DNA from: Armatimonadota bacterium | GTDB lineage: Bacteria; Armatimonadota; SYMT01 | DNA length: 64,000 bases | Direction of reading: 5' to 3' | Assembly (NCBI GenBank): GCA_041690135.1 | Contig: JAWLHY010000007.1 | Span: forward strand, 320,001-384,000 | Shown here: positions 1-10,467 of the stretch, piece by piece | Position numbering within the stretch: position 1 is the first letter of the stretch | Layout of the letters: each line of letters begins with the position of its first letter | Translations under genes and position numbers: made by a program | The notes under the pieces: model-generated | The model's input: only the letters and a program-made list of their open reading frames with translations | Database searches by the model: none | What the model was told of the DNA's origin: nothing

Positions 1-423
1 GGGCCGGCTGCGGTCCGCCACCAGTTGCTCCACCGGCGCGCGACCCTCCGGATCTCCCCGCAGGAGCAGAAAGATCGAGAGGCAGTCCTTCACCTTCCCG
101 GTCCCCATCTGGCCCCACACCTTCTTCAGGGTGGGATGGTCCGCCTTCACCTCCACCAGCCGCTCCGTGATCTTCGCCAGCACGTAGTCGTGGGTCACGA
201 AGTCCGTAAACGGCGGCTTCGGTCGCGGCGTGGGTTGGACCATCTCATCCCGGTACAGCCGCAGCCCGGCCTGCGCGAGCTGCGTCGGCAGCCCGTTCGC
301 CGGCAGCTTGCTCCGGATGCGCGCCAGGGCAGGATGCGGCGCGGTCTCAGCGCGCGAAGCACCCGGTGCCAGGCCCATCCAGCCGCATAAGAGTCCTGCA
401 ATGAGCCTTCGCACCACCCACAT
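1..423 (-). CDS. Secreted hypothetical protein, partial (runs off left edge)
   Basis: Read manually: ATG at 423, open for 141 codons to the window edge, MWVVRRLIAGLLCGWMGLAPGASRAE... (signal-peptide-like), GC3-rich codons; absent from the ORF track. Confidence 0.65.
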   Translation of the reverse strand, partial: MWVVRRLIAGLLCGWMGLAPGASRAETAPHPALARIRSKLPANGLPTQLAQAGLRLYRDEMVQPTPRPKPPFTDFVTHDYVLAKITERLVEVKADHPTLKKVWGQMGTGKVKDCLSIFLLLRGDPEGRAPVEQLVADRSRP

Positions 424-659
424 CCGGCTTTCACGGAGATTGGAATGGGGCAGGATACTCTCGGGTGAAGCCATTCACACAACTCCGTTCTCACGCTCGC
501 CCAACACCTGCGCCAGGGAAAGGTCGGTTCCAGGGAGAGTGTAGGTAATAGTTCTATCGATTGCGAAATGCCCGATCTGAGTGGAAGAGCATTTGACCGA
601 ATCGTTCCGAAGAACATGAAACACAGAAGAGCAATGTGCTCTCATGATGTCGATTGATC

Positions 660-1112
660 TCACTTCGCCTCCGCAAGCAAGCTGGGCTCATGAGATTGCA
701 TATACTCAAGTATTCGTACATATACTTCGTCACTGAGCAGGGTTGGCAGTTGACGGTCGAGTTGGTCAAAAAACTCGGAAACAGTAGGCTCGTGTGCCTC
801 AAGCCAGGCCCACCTTTCCGTCTCCAAAACTGGTGGCACACCACCCGGGAACACTGTCATGCTTTCCCTGAACACTCTTGCCCCCTCGAGAATACCTAGT
901 ACCGCCATTGATTGAGACACATCTTCCGCATCCCAACGGTTCTCGTAAAAGTATCCTAGTCCCCCATTATCCGTGAGAGTCAGTGCTGACCAACCCGTAT
1001 AGATATGTCGGCTTGCTGGTGATAAGCTGGTTAGCCCTGCGGAATTCACTTTGAGGGCTAGTTTTTCGCAGACTGACTCCACTACGTCCACAATTGACCG
1101 TTCATCCATCAT
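660..1112 (-). CDS. DUF4375/DMP19-like protein, probable toxin immunity protein
   Basis: NGGLGYFYEN motif typical of DUF4375, acidic helical protein, lower GC, first gene downstream of the RHS toxin tip; SD GGAGGG before ATGATG. Confidence 0.7.
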   Translation of the reverse strand: MMDERSIVDVVESVCEKLALKVNSAGLTSLSPASRHIYTGWSALTLTDNGGLGYFYENRWDAEDVSQSMAVLGILEGARVFRESMTVFPGGVPPVLETERWAWLEAHEPTVSEFFDQLDRQLPTLLSDEVYVRILEYMQSHEPSLLAEAK

Positions 1113-1288
1113 GCGCCCTCCCATAGATGACCCACTTCAATCAGTTGCAGTTGTGGCTGTAAACGACGAAACATGTTTGTCCCACCAGTTAGCGTGTGCC
1201 AAATCCAAGAGAAAATGTGCCTTACCTCGTCTAGGTCCATGATGCAACCATAGCTGATATGACAGAACTTCTGGCTGTTGTGCCACTG

Positions 1289-4200
1289 TCATAATGGTGG
1301 GCCGAACGAGAGTGGATTACGCTGGTGCCACTGTGCAGGATTCCGTTGGTAGATACCGCGATTGAGTGGGTCAGCCCAGTATTCATCATACTCAGCTTGA
1401 CGAGCCTTCAATGCAAATGGAGTAAACTCCCAGAACGTCATTAAGCCACCCGCACATCCTTGCAAACGACCAAGGACACCATTGATTCTGACTCCCGAAA
1501 GTCGGGCCAGCGAGCGTTGTATTGACGCGCGAGCGGAGAACCGCTGCGTAACAAACCGGTTGAGATAGCTTCGTATAATTGGGTTTCTTGACTTCCGGAC
1601 GGCATACACAAATCGGTGGGCCTGCGCATCGGACATGGTTTGTGGAGTGATATTGTGTTTCGACAAGTAGGTATCCCACATTCCTTGCACAGTCCGGCTA
1701 TAAGCGGAATGCTGAGTATAGTCATGCCCGTAGGGAATGGGGCCAGTAACTGCATCATCGAGGATACGCCTTACACTTGTGCGTAAGGGTAGATCCCACC
1801 AGATGGCTTTGGGTACGTAGTGGTGACCTTTGGGGGCTAATCCGAGTGGGTCTACTGAATTCACCGGATCGTTCTCACAGTAGCCGTAGAGGTTCAACCC
1901 TCCGGCCCAGCCGATGGGGTCCCGGCTGATGAACCGGCCGATGGACGGGTCATAGTACCGCTGGTACAGGTAGTCCAGCCCCAGGCCGTCCGCCGCGGTC
2001 CGCTCGTAACCGTGGGCGCCGCCGTAAAGGAACGGCGTCGGCTGGGAGGGCGCGCCGCCGGCGGTGCCGCTGGTAAAGTCGGTCCCGCCGCTCGCACTCA
2101 CGTTCCCGAACGCGTCGTAGCGCACGGCTGCCGTAACCGGTTCCCAGTTGGCCGCGCCGTGGTCCAGGTAGCGCGTGGAGCCATGCCGGTCGGTGTGGTA
2201 GAAACGGTCCCAGCCGCCCTTCCGGTGGGCGAAGCCGGGCGTGTGCAGAGTGCCGGTCGCGCCCTGGGCGTCGTAGAGCCCGTAGTTGTCGGTCCGGGTG
2301 CCGGCGGCGCCGTCCGTCACGCGCAGGCGGCTGCCATCGGCGGCGTAGGCCGCGCCGAAGAGGGAAGTGCCGCCCTCGGAAACGTCCGCGAGCCGGCCGT
2401 CCGCCGTCCAGCGGAAGTTGAGGAAGTGGTGCGCGCCGGCAGCGTCGCGCCGGTCCCGGGTGAGGATCTGCCCGAAGGCGTCGTAGGTGAACCGGTTGTA
2501 CGGCTGCGTCTGGCCGGCGGAGGGCGGCGCATCCGCGGCGGAATTGGTCCAGAGGAGTTTGTCGGCGGCGTCTACCCCATACCACTCGCTCTGGCCGTTG
2601 CGGACCACCTGCCGGCGGTTGCCGTGCGGGTCGTAGCTGTAGAAGAAGCCGCTGCCGAGGTCGGGGTGGCGTTCTTCGCGCAACTGGCCGAGTGGATCGT
2701 AGACATAGTCATGTGCCTTCCCGAAGTGGTCGGTCTCGCGGATCAGGCGTCCGGTAGCGTCATAGGCGTGCGTGAACCGGTTGAGGAGATCGCCCGACGC
2801 CCGGTAGTGGGTGATTTCGTGGACCTGCCCGGTGGGCAGGTAGGTGTAGTCCGCGAGCGTGCGGGTAGGAACGCCTCCGCTGCCCGGCATCGATTGGCGG
2901 ACCAGGTCCCCCGCGCGGTTGTACTCGTTGGCAAAGGCCTGGCCGAGGGGATTGAGCCAGCCGCTCATGCGGCCCTTGCCGTCTTCGCGCATCTCCCAGG
3001 TACCGATGCCGGAGACGGTGGCGCGGACGATCCACCGCCGCATGTCCGCGTCGGCCTGGTACTGGACCTGCAACTGGCGCCGTCCGTCGGTGGGGGCCAC
3101 CTGGATCACGCGGCCGATCCCATCATAGGTATAGGTCGTGGCACCGTTCGCGTCGGAAGTACGGACGACTCTCCCGAACTCGTCGTAGGTCGTCTCCGCG
3201 GTGTAACCCGGGGCGCCGCTGGGGCTCGGCGGCACGTGGACCCGCTGCAGGCGGTGCAGCGCGTCGTACTCAAAACGGGTAACCAGCGCCTGTGGCCCGC
3301 CCGCGGCGGTATACGGGCGCATTGTCCAGGCCAGTGCACCGGCGTCGTCGTAGCCGTAGTACTGCAGCGTGCCGTCGGGGTGCCGGACCCGGGTGACCTG
3401 CCCCTCGTTCACCTCCGGTAGGACCAGGGACCCGTCCTCGGCATAGCGCCGGTAGTCGAACTCCACGGCGCAAGCTTCCCCTTTGGGTGGGATCAGCCGG
3501 GCCAGGGACCCGTCGAGGTTGTATTCGTACCGGGTGATGCGTTGCTCCGGCTCACCCACCGCCTGCGTCACCCGGAGGGGCTGGCCGTCGCCGTTGTACT
3601 GGATGACGGTTTTGACCCCGGCTTCGTCCGTGATGTCGTAGGGCCTTCCGGCGGGGTCGAGGCGGACGACGGTGTCCACGGTAGACCCGGGCCGCCGGGC
3701 GATTACGGCGAGGCAGCTATTGCCCTGCCCGCTGTAGAGCAGCGACGACTGCCGGCCAATCGGGTCGGTGAACCGCCACGGGAGACCGTCCGAGTTGTAC
3801 TCGATGTACGAGACGGAGGGCATCCGGTCCGCCGCTCCCAGCGGGGCCAGGTAGTTGTACGGGGAGCGTGAATTTACGGGGCGGCCATAGGTGTCGAACT
3901 CGACAGAGGTCATGCGCCCCGTCTCGTATTCGTGGAACCCGTTGGGCACGCTGGGCGCATTCTGCGCGTCGTAGCCGAAGTTGGTGGTCAGGAACTGCAG
4001 GGTGGATCCGGACCGCACCTGCATGAGATCGCCGCCGGAGCTATAGGTCCACCACATTCGCTGGTCGTGGGGGGCACCGTCCACCGCGCGCGGATAGGCG
4101 ATCCAGTGCAGCGGTTGGTTATAGGTCCCGAATTGGGTCTCCGAGACGTCGCCCAGGGCGTTGGTGCTGCGCACGCCCGTGATCGTGCGGTTATCCGCGG

Positions 4201-7200
4201 CAAAGGTGTACTCCAGCGTCGCCAGGGCGGGGGTTCCGTCCGGTTCCCGGTTGGTGCGCACGCTGGTCAGGTTATGGTAGGCATCGTAGGTGTAGCGGAC
4301 GTAGCGCCCGGTGCTCTCCTCCCGGATTCCCGCCAGGTCGCGGCCCGCGTACTCGTAGGTGAGACTGTTCCCACCTGGGTAGGTGAGCGTGGTACCGGCC
4401 CGGACGATCGCTTTCTCACGGCCCCCTTCGGTGGTGTCCAGATACCACGCGCGGACCAGCCGCCCGTCCCAGTCCATCCGGCTGGCACGGCCCGAGTTCA
4501 CCCCCTCGTACTCGTAGTAAACGGTTTTACCGGTCGGCTCCGTCTTGGCGATGACGAGATCCCCGGTGTAACTTCCGCCATAGAACGGCACGGCGGAAGC
4601 CGTGGTCCCATAGGAGAAGCCCCAGAGGTAGTCGACCCGGTTGGGGATTCCCGGCCCCTGCGCGCGCACGCTCGTCAGTCGCTGACGCGAGATACCCCAG
4701 TCGTCCGGCACCCCGGTGTAGCCGAAGGTGTGCTGCCGTCCGTGCGGATCTCCTACCTGCGTCAGGACGCCGTTGGTGTAGGTGAAGCTCAGCCCCCAGC
4801 CGGTGCCGTCCACCACGCTTTGCAGAAAGTCTTCCTGCCAGGTCAGGTCCACCGTGCGTCCCCAGCGGTCCAGCACCCCGGTGAGCAGGAAATAGGCCGT
4901 GGCCGTGCCCTCGTCCTTACGCCAGAAGACCCGGGTGAACTGGTAGCGGGTTCCGGCGCCGTCGGTTGCCTCAAAGGTGGCATACGGTACGCGCACCTCG
5001 ATCTTGACCACGGAGGAGGTATTGCCGCCGTCCGCGGTGATGCGCTTCTCCACCCACGTGCGCGAGGTGCCGGCGCTGGCCAGGGAGTGGTAGCTGTCGT
5101 TCGGCTCCCAGGTGAAGTCGTTCAGTCCGCTTCCCGGTATTTTGCGGAAGGAGACCACGCCCCCATTGCCGGTGTGCCACAGCGCGTGTTCTTCGCCCAC
5201 CTCGTCCTGCACCACCTCCACAAACTGCGCCTAGGCATGGGTCCAGCGGGAGTTGCGGGTGGCGAAGTGTGCGAAATCCGGGCTGGCCTGCGTCTTCGCC
5301 CAACCCGGCTGGTTCAAGGCCGGGTCCGCCCGGAGGTTGGAATGATAGTGCAGGGAGAAGCCGAGTTCCGTACCGCGGTAGGTCCAGCTCGTTACCGGCA
5401 CGTCGAACATCACGGCGCCCGAGAGCGGGTCGATGGAAGAGAACCCGGGCGCGCAGGAAGTGCAGCCGCAGGCGTCGTCGCTGCTCACGCTGCGCTGGGT
5501 GACGAGGCCGGGGTCGTCAATCCCGAAACACCAGGTGGTCGGCATGTGCGCCTGCGGGTCGTACGGGGGATCGTCGCTCGTACCGTGCTCCAGGCCCAGG
5601 AGCCCGTACCCGGCGTCGTCCACCTCCACCCAAACGTGGAAGTCTCCGGTGGTAGGCCCGTCCAGGGGCGGCTGGTAGTGGGTGATCTCGTCCACCTGCG
5701 AGGGGTCAAGTGCGACGAATTCTCCCACGGAGTTCAGCTTCCCGAAGTAGCCTCCTACGTCGTCCCGGTAACGCGTGATGCGGTGCCCGGCCGGGTCTTC
5801 CTGGGCCAGGCCGTTGGGGAAGGAGCAGCCATCCGCCGTGCACTGGTCCGTGTCGGGGACGAGATCCCCTTTCCGCAGGCTCAGCACCTCGCCCCGGAAG
5901 ACCCGGGGGGCATCCATCCCGTTTCGTTGGAGGAACAACGGCCAGCGGGCCTGGTTGGTCGAATCGGCCCACTCATGAACGTGGACCGCCCCGAACACCC
6001 ACACCATCGCATACAGCACTTCCGGGGCATCGTCGTAGGCGTCGAAGAACTCCCCCTGTTGCCGGGTCCCAGAAATACTGCCAATGGTCATCAAGGGTGA
6101 CCGAAAGCGTAATCGGGCCCTCGAAGTGCGGGGTCATGTAGTGGGTGACGAGCGCGGGATCGCTCGCGGGAACAAACGAACTGAGGTCCGGCCCGGTCAG
6201 GTAGCCGAATACGCCGCCTGCCCCGTCGTCGCTCCACGCGACCGGCTGCACCGGGTTGACCACCTCGCCGCCGGGTTCCACGCCATTCGGATCGTACCAG
6301 CGGTCCGTGTCCATCACCGCGGGGAACACCAGGTTCAGCGGGATCACTTCGTAAACCCCGGCCGCTCCCGGCGGGTTCAGAGAAGCACCACCCAGGTTGT
6401 TCACTGCTTCCCACTGCCTTGCACCGGGACCGTTTCCGGGACCGCCGCCCGGGCCTTCCAGTACCGATACGACGGCGCTCCCCTCCGTGGGCTGGTCATT
6501 CCAGGAGGTGATCCACCCGAGCTCCGGATCGTGAACGGACGTGACATCGTCGATCCGCACCGTGAGCGTATAATCGCCGGGAGTGGCCGGGGCCTCCCAG
6601 TGGGTGATGAGCAGCGGGTCCGTGGTGGGGGTCCACTGGCCCACCACGTCGTAGTATCCAAAGGCGCCGGCGGAAGCCTCCCATGCCACTGCCTGTGTCG
6701 CATTGGTCGCCATGGTGCCCAGTGTGCACGAGGGCGCGGAGCAGTAGTCCCAGTCCTCCGGAAGCTGCACGGACACCGAAACTCGCCCGCCGGCCTCCAC
6801 CATCCCCGGCGTGTCGACCCAGGGAGTGCCCAGGTCGTCCATCGGGTACCAGTCGTGTTCGTGCGCCTCGATCTGTACGGTGACGGTCCGCGTTACGTCG
6901 GCGTCGTTAGTGGTGGGGACGCTGTAGATCCGCGGGTCGTTGGCCCCATAGCCACTCCATGGCGGCGTTTGCGCCACATCGGCGGCAGTGACGGTAATGG
7001 AGGCGGTACCGGGAGGGCCGCAGCGGAAATGCGTGGGCCATTGGGTGCTCACATGGAACTGACCATAGGCATCCAGGTGGCCGAGATCGCCGCGGGTGGC
7101 CGTGAACGCCAGTTGAACCTCGTCGGAGACCCATGCGCCCAGCGCGCAACCATAGGGGTTGAGCCCACCACAGTGGTCGTTGTCGAACGCGTAGGGGGAG

Positions 7201-7400
7201 AGTGCCAGGATCTCATTCGGGGTCGCCGCAGTGGCGGAAATGTCGAGTGAGCATTCGATCGGCGTCTCTTGAGACCCGGGAAAACTGTGGCTATGCTCGT
7301 GGTGAATGACAGCGAGCACCACCTCGGGACGGACCAGAATGCCGAGTAGGGTGCCTAATCCAAACAGCACCCTGAGCCAACCCTGCGTGTTCCGTCGCAT
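1289..7400 (-). pseudogene. RHS/YD-repeat polymorphic toxin (about 2,036 aa reconstructed) with Sec signal, N-terminal repeats, RHS core and AHH/GHH-like nuclease tip; interrupted by a frameshift (6052-6056) and TAG (5231-5233)
   Basis: Three collinear ORFs (5973-7418, 5231-6094, 1289-5221); YD repeats; core end RYYDPSIGRFISRDPIG...NLYGYCENDPVNSVDPLGL; tip GHHYVP...GHDYTQHSAY; WTHA*AQFVEVV reads in frame. Confidence 0.85.
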
Positions 7401-7493
7401 CGCCGCCTCCCCATGCAACTGGTTGCCGGACCGGAGTTTTAGCGCTCCAAGGCCAGGCTTTCCCTTGACCGGATGTTGAGCAACCGTTGAGCA

Positions 7494-7523
7494 TTTCTAC
7501 GGTACCCTGCCCTACAGTGTCAA
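7494..7523 (-). promoter_or_regulatory. Putative sigma70 promoter for the RHS gene
   Basis: TTGACA-18 nt-TAGAAA on the minus strand about 95 nt upstream of the ATG at 7400. Confidence 0.35.
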
Positions 7524-7668
7524 GAGAGATTTTAGGGCCAGACAGTTCGGGAACGGCCGCATTTAGCAAGCGGGCATTTGCAATGCAGGTGACGGAGCCT
7601 GCCGGCCCATCCTGGATATCCTGCACATCCTGTTCCTACTCCGCCTGTGCGCGGACGTGGACCCGGTC

Positions 7669-8328
7669 TCAGGTTGGCGGCGGAAGTTCCGCGGAGGGGC
7701 AAAGGTCGTTAAGGGTGCAGCCGGCGCAGTTCGGCTTGCGCGCGGAGCAGACCCGACGCCCGTGCAGGATGATGAGGTGCGAGATCGCCGTCCACTGGGT
7801 GCGCGGGAACTTTTCCATCAGGTCCCGCTCGATCTTCACCGGGTCGGAATGCTCGGTGAGCCCCATCAGGTTGGAGAGCCGCGTCACGTGCGTATCCACG
7901 GCGATCCCTTCCGCGCGGTTGAAGATATTCCCCAGCACCACGTTGGCGGTCTTGCGGGCCACGCCGGGGAGGGTGAGGAGCTCTTCCATCGTGCCCGGCA
8001 CTTCTCCCCCGTAGACTTCCAGAATCCGCTGGCACGCTCCGCGGATATTCTTTGCCTTGTTGCGGTAGAAACCGGTGCTGTGGATGTCTTGCTCCAGCTC
8101 CTCCGCCGGCACGCTCAGGTAGTCCTCTGGAGTGCGGTACTTCTGGAACAGGCTCCGGGTGACGATATTGACTCGTTCATCCGTACACTGCGCGGAAAGG
8201 ATGGTGGCGACCAGGAGCTCCAGCGGGTTCTGGAAGTTCAACTCGCACCGGGGCTCCGGATAGAGCTCGTAGAGGCGCTTGAGGAGTACTCGCGGCGGGA
8301 TCGGCTTGCGTTTTCGGGTGCGCGGCAT
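7669..8328 (-). CDS. nth: Endonuclease III
   Basis: LLVATILSAQCTDERVN, HhH motif LPGVARKTANV, AVDTHV, C-terminal 4Fe-4S motif CSARKPNCAGCTLNDLC. Confidence 0.96.
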   Translation of the reverse strand: MPRTRKRKPIPPRVLLKRLYELYPEPRCELNFQNPLELLVATILSAQCTDERVNIVTRSLFQKYRTPEDYLSVPAEELEQDIHSTGFYRNKAKNIRGACQRILEVYGGEVPGTMEELLTLPGVARKTANVVLGNIFNRAEGIAVDTHVTRLSNLMGLTEHSDPVKIERDLMEKFPRTQWTAISHLIILHGRRVCSARKPNCAGCTLNDLCPSAELPPPT

Positions 8329-8512
8329 GATCTGGATTCTATCCGGGTTGAAGCCGGTCTGGCGGGGCCGGTCCGGCGGAAGGGTTTGCCGAGCGAAGCC
8401 TTTGCGATTGCCGTGGCCTCGCGGGTAGGCGCCGTTTACCACTCTCACCGGGTTCCGGGTACAATGCATTCACTCCTCTCCCGGAGGTTTTTCGGACGAT
8501 CGGAGGTTCGAC

Positions 8513-8848
8513 ATGTCCAGGATCTACCAGAAGTTCCAGGGGATGGTTTCGCGCCGGCGGATCGAGGCGATCCTCGAATCGATGCCGGAAGAGTTGCGTG
8601 TTCCGCTCACGATGGACGACGCCGGCTGGCATGTCGATGAGATCGGGGAGGCGCTGGGCATGAGCGCGCTCGAAGCGAAGCGCTGGCTTCTCCGCGCGCG
8701 GGCGGAGTTTCGCGCCCGGCTTCTCGCGAACGCGGCAGAGAGACCGGGCGCGGCGGAGAGCCCCTTCCCCTGGGATGGGGAGCAACTGCGCCAGTTTTGC
8801 TCCGAGCACGATGTGGCGGCTGCCGTCCGCGGCTTTTACGGCCTGTAG
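8513..8848 (+). CDS. Small sigma-70 region-4-like HTH protein
   Basis: LESMPEELRVPL...WHVDEIGEALGMSALEAKRWLLRARAEFR resembles ECF sigma region 4; SD GGAGG. Confidence 0.65.
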   Translation: MSRIYQKFQGMVSRRRIEAILESMPEELRVPLTMDDAGWHVDEIGEALGMSALEAKRWLLRARAEFRARLLANAAERPGAAESPFPWDGEQLRQFCSEHDVAAAVRGFYGL

Positions 8849-8860
8849 CCGGATTCCGGG

Positions 8861-9247
8861 TCAGCGCGGGGGAAGCGGGACGCCGGTCGGGGCTCCGCCC
8901 GCGTTAACCGGCTGGCCCGTGGGCGCCATTCCCGCGGTTGGAATCCTACCGGCTTGGGATGGACCGGCTGCGGGCGACATCCCCGGTGCGGGCGCTATAC
9001 CGGATCCGGGCTGCGGCGTCGGAACGCCCGACCCCGGCGCCGTTCCGGGTCGATTGGCCGCGGGAGTGGGCCCCAGCGAATCGGCGATGTCGCCGACGTC
9101 CCGCATGTAGTTCGTGTAAGGATTGGTCCCACCCCCGCCGGATTTGGGCCGGGGCCGCTCGCGGACGAAGTAGAACCACGTCGCTCCCACCAGCAGCAGG
9201 CTGACAATCCCGATGATTACGGCTGTTGCTCCCCGACTTTCCTGCAT
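8861..9247 (-). CDS. Single-TM Pro/Gly-rich hypothetical protein
   Basis: Hydrophobic AVIIGIVSLLLVGATWFYFV then a P/G/A-rich tail; SD GGGAGG. Confidence 0.6.
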   Translation of the reverse strand: MQESRGATAVIIGIVSLLLVGATWFYFVRERPRPKSGGGGTNPYTNYMRDVGDIADSLGPTPAANRPGTAPGSGVPTPQPGSGIAPAPGMSPAAGPSQAGRIPTAGMAPTGQPVNAGGAPTGVPLPPR

Positions 9248-9798
9248 GGCCCCTCCCGTTCGGTCCTCGTTGTCGCTGGACGGCGATTCAGCGTGACTGG
9301 GCACCTTCCGGAATCAGTTATCGGTTCGGTCGGCCGCCACTGGAGGGGGTTACCCCGTGCCTGCACCGGACCCGAACTAAAAAACTCCTATTATTTTTGT
9401 GGGCCTGCAGGTAATCCCACTCACCTCGCAGAACCATGGCATGAGAAGCCACAAACATTATGTCGGCAGGCGCTAAGCCTGCCACTCCAGGCAGGTTGGT
9501 TGGTCTTTTCACTTTAGCAACCACGAAGAGCGACCGACATGAAAATTGGCCTGCACCGGCCGGATCTCCAGGATCTCAGCTGACCCGCGGATGTCAGGCC
9601 GATCTGGTGGCTTTGGGTATCACCTGCGGCTTGTGGGCTTGGGCAGTTTCCGAGCACACGGCGAGGTGACGGCAGAAAGGTCCCGAAAACTCTGTGTGAC
9701 AGGGAGCGATTTTCCCTGCCGCTTGAGCCAAATCCGGGATATTCTGTGATGTGAATGCTCGACAAGAGCGTAAGTAAACACTCCGAGAGGGACACACA

Positions 9799-10380
9799 AT
9801 GAGCACGAACGGCGCTGAAACAGCGGAAGCGGCCGCAACCCCCACCTGGGCGGCCGGCGAGGTGATCTGGAAGGAGGGCGAGAAAGCCACCCCGATCCGC
9901 GTCAAGAAGGGGATCGTCGCCTACCGGCGCGGCAACATCGCAATCGGCCTGTTGGGTCCGGGACAGGTCATTCTCCCGGTTCCCGGCGTGGCGGGCGGCA
10001 GCGTGGCGGCTACGGATCTCGTGGCGGTCACCGAGACCTCGGCCACCGAGGTTAGCCCGGCCGATATTCAGGGCTCGGACCTGGAAGGCAGCGTGAAGGC
10101 GCTGATCACCGGGGCGGACCGCCTGGGCAATATGCCCCTGGCCCAGCGGCTCGCCGCCATCCTGCTGGAGATGACGGCTCTCACCAGCCACCCGGTGGTG
10201 CATTGCCGCCAGGATGTTCTCGCGATGGTTGCGGCCGCTCGCCGCGAGACCGTCTCCACCATTCTCTCCGTGTGGCGCGACGAAGATTGGATCGACACGC
10301 GCTACAGACGGGTAATCATCCGCGACCGCGATGCCCTTTCTCGCGTGCTGGACGAAGTGCGGGGCGCCGCCACCGCCTAG
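9799..10380 (+). CDS. Crp/Fnr family transcriptional regulator
   Basis: Degenerate cNMP-binding N-terminus and HTH QDVLAMVAAARRETVSTILSVWRDEDWIDTRYRRVIIRD. Confidence 0.85.
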   Translation: MSTNGAETAEAAATPTWAAGEVIWKEGEKATPIRVKKGIVAYRRGNIAIGLLGPGQVILPVPGVAGGSVAATDLVAVTETSATEVSPADIQGSDLEGSVKALITGADRLGNMPLAQRLAAILLEMTALTSHPVVHCRQDVLAMVAAARRETVSTILSVWRDEDWIDTRYRRVIIRDRDALSRVLDEVRGAATA

Positions 10381-10410
10381 TCCCCGCCGAGGGAAGGTTC
10401 ACGATAGATT

Positions 10411-10444
10411 CGGGGGGCGCCACCGGCGCCCCCCGTTTTCGTTT
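10411..10444 (+). terminator. Intrinsic terminator
   Basis: CGGGGGGCGCC-ACC-GGCGCCCCCCG stem followed by TTTTCGTTT, between convergent genes. Confidence 0.8.
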
Positions 10445-10467
10445 CTCGCCCGCATCAGACTTTGCTA

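Noticed and set aside
1109-1240. 43-codon ORF between the toxin and immunity genes (MDLDEVRH...)
   Set aside because: Short, with no SD or recognisable motif; its overlap with the next ATG could be chance
5231-5233. Amber recoding (pyrrolysine or alternative genetic code)
   Set aside because: Other genes here end normally in TAG (e.g. Crp, esterase, sucB) and no pyl genes are seen; a nonsense change or sequencing error is simpler
9690-9770. CRP box upstream of the Crp-family gene
   Set aside because: TGTGA half-sites are present but lack a correctly spaced TCACA partner
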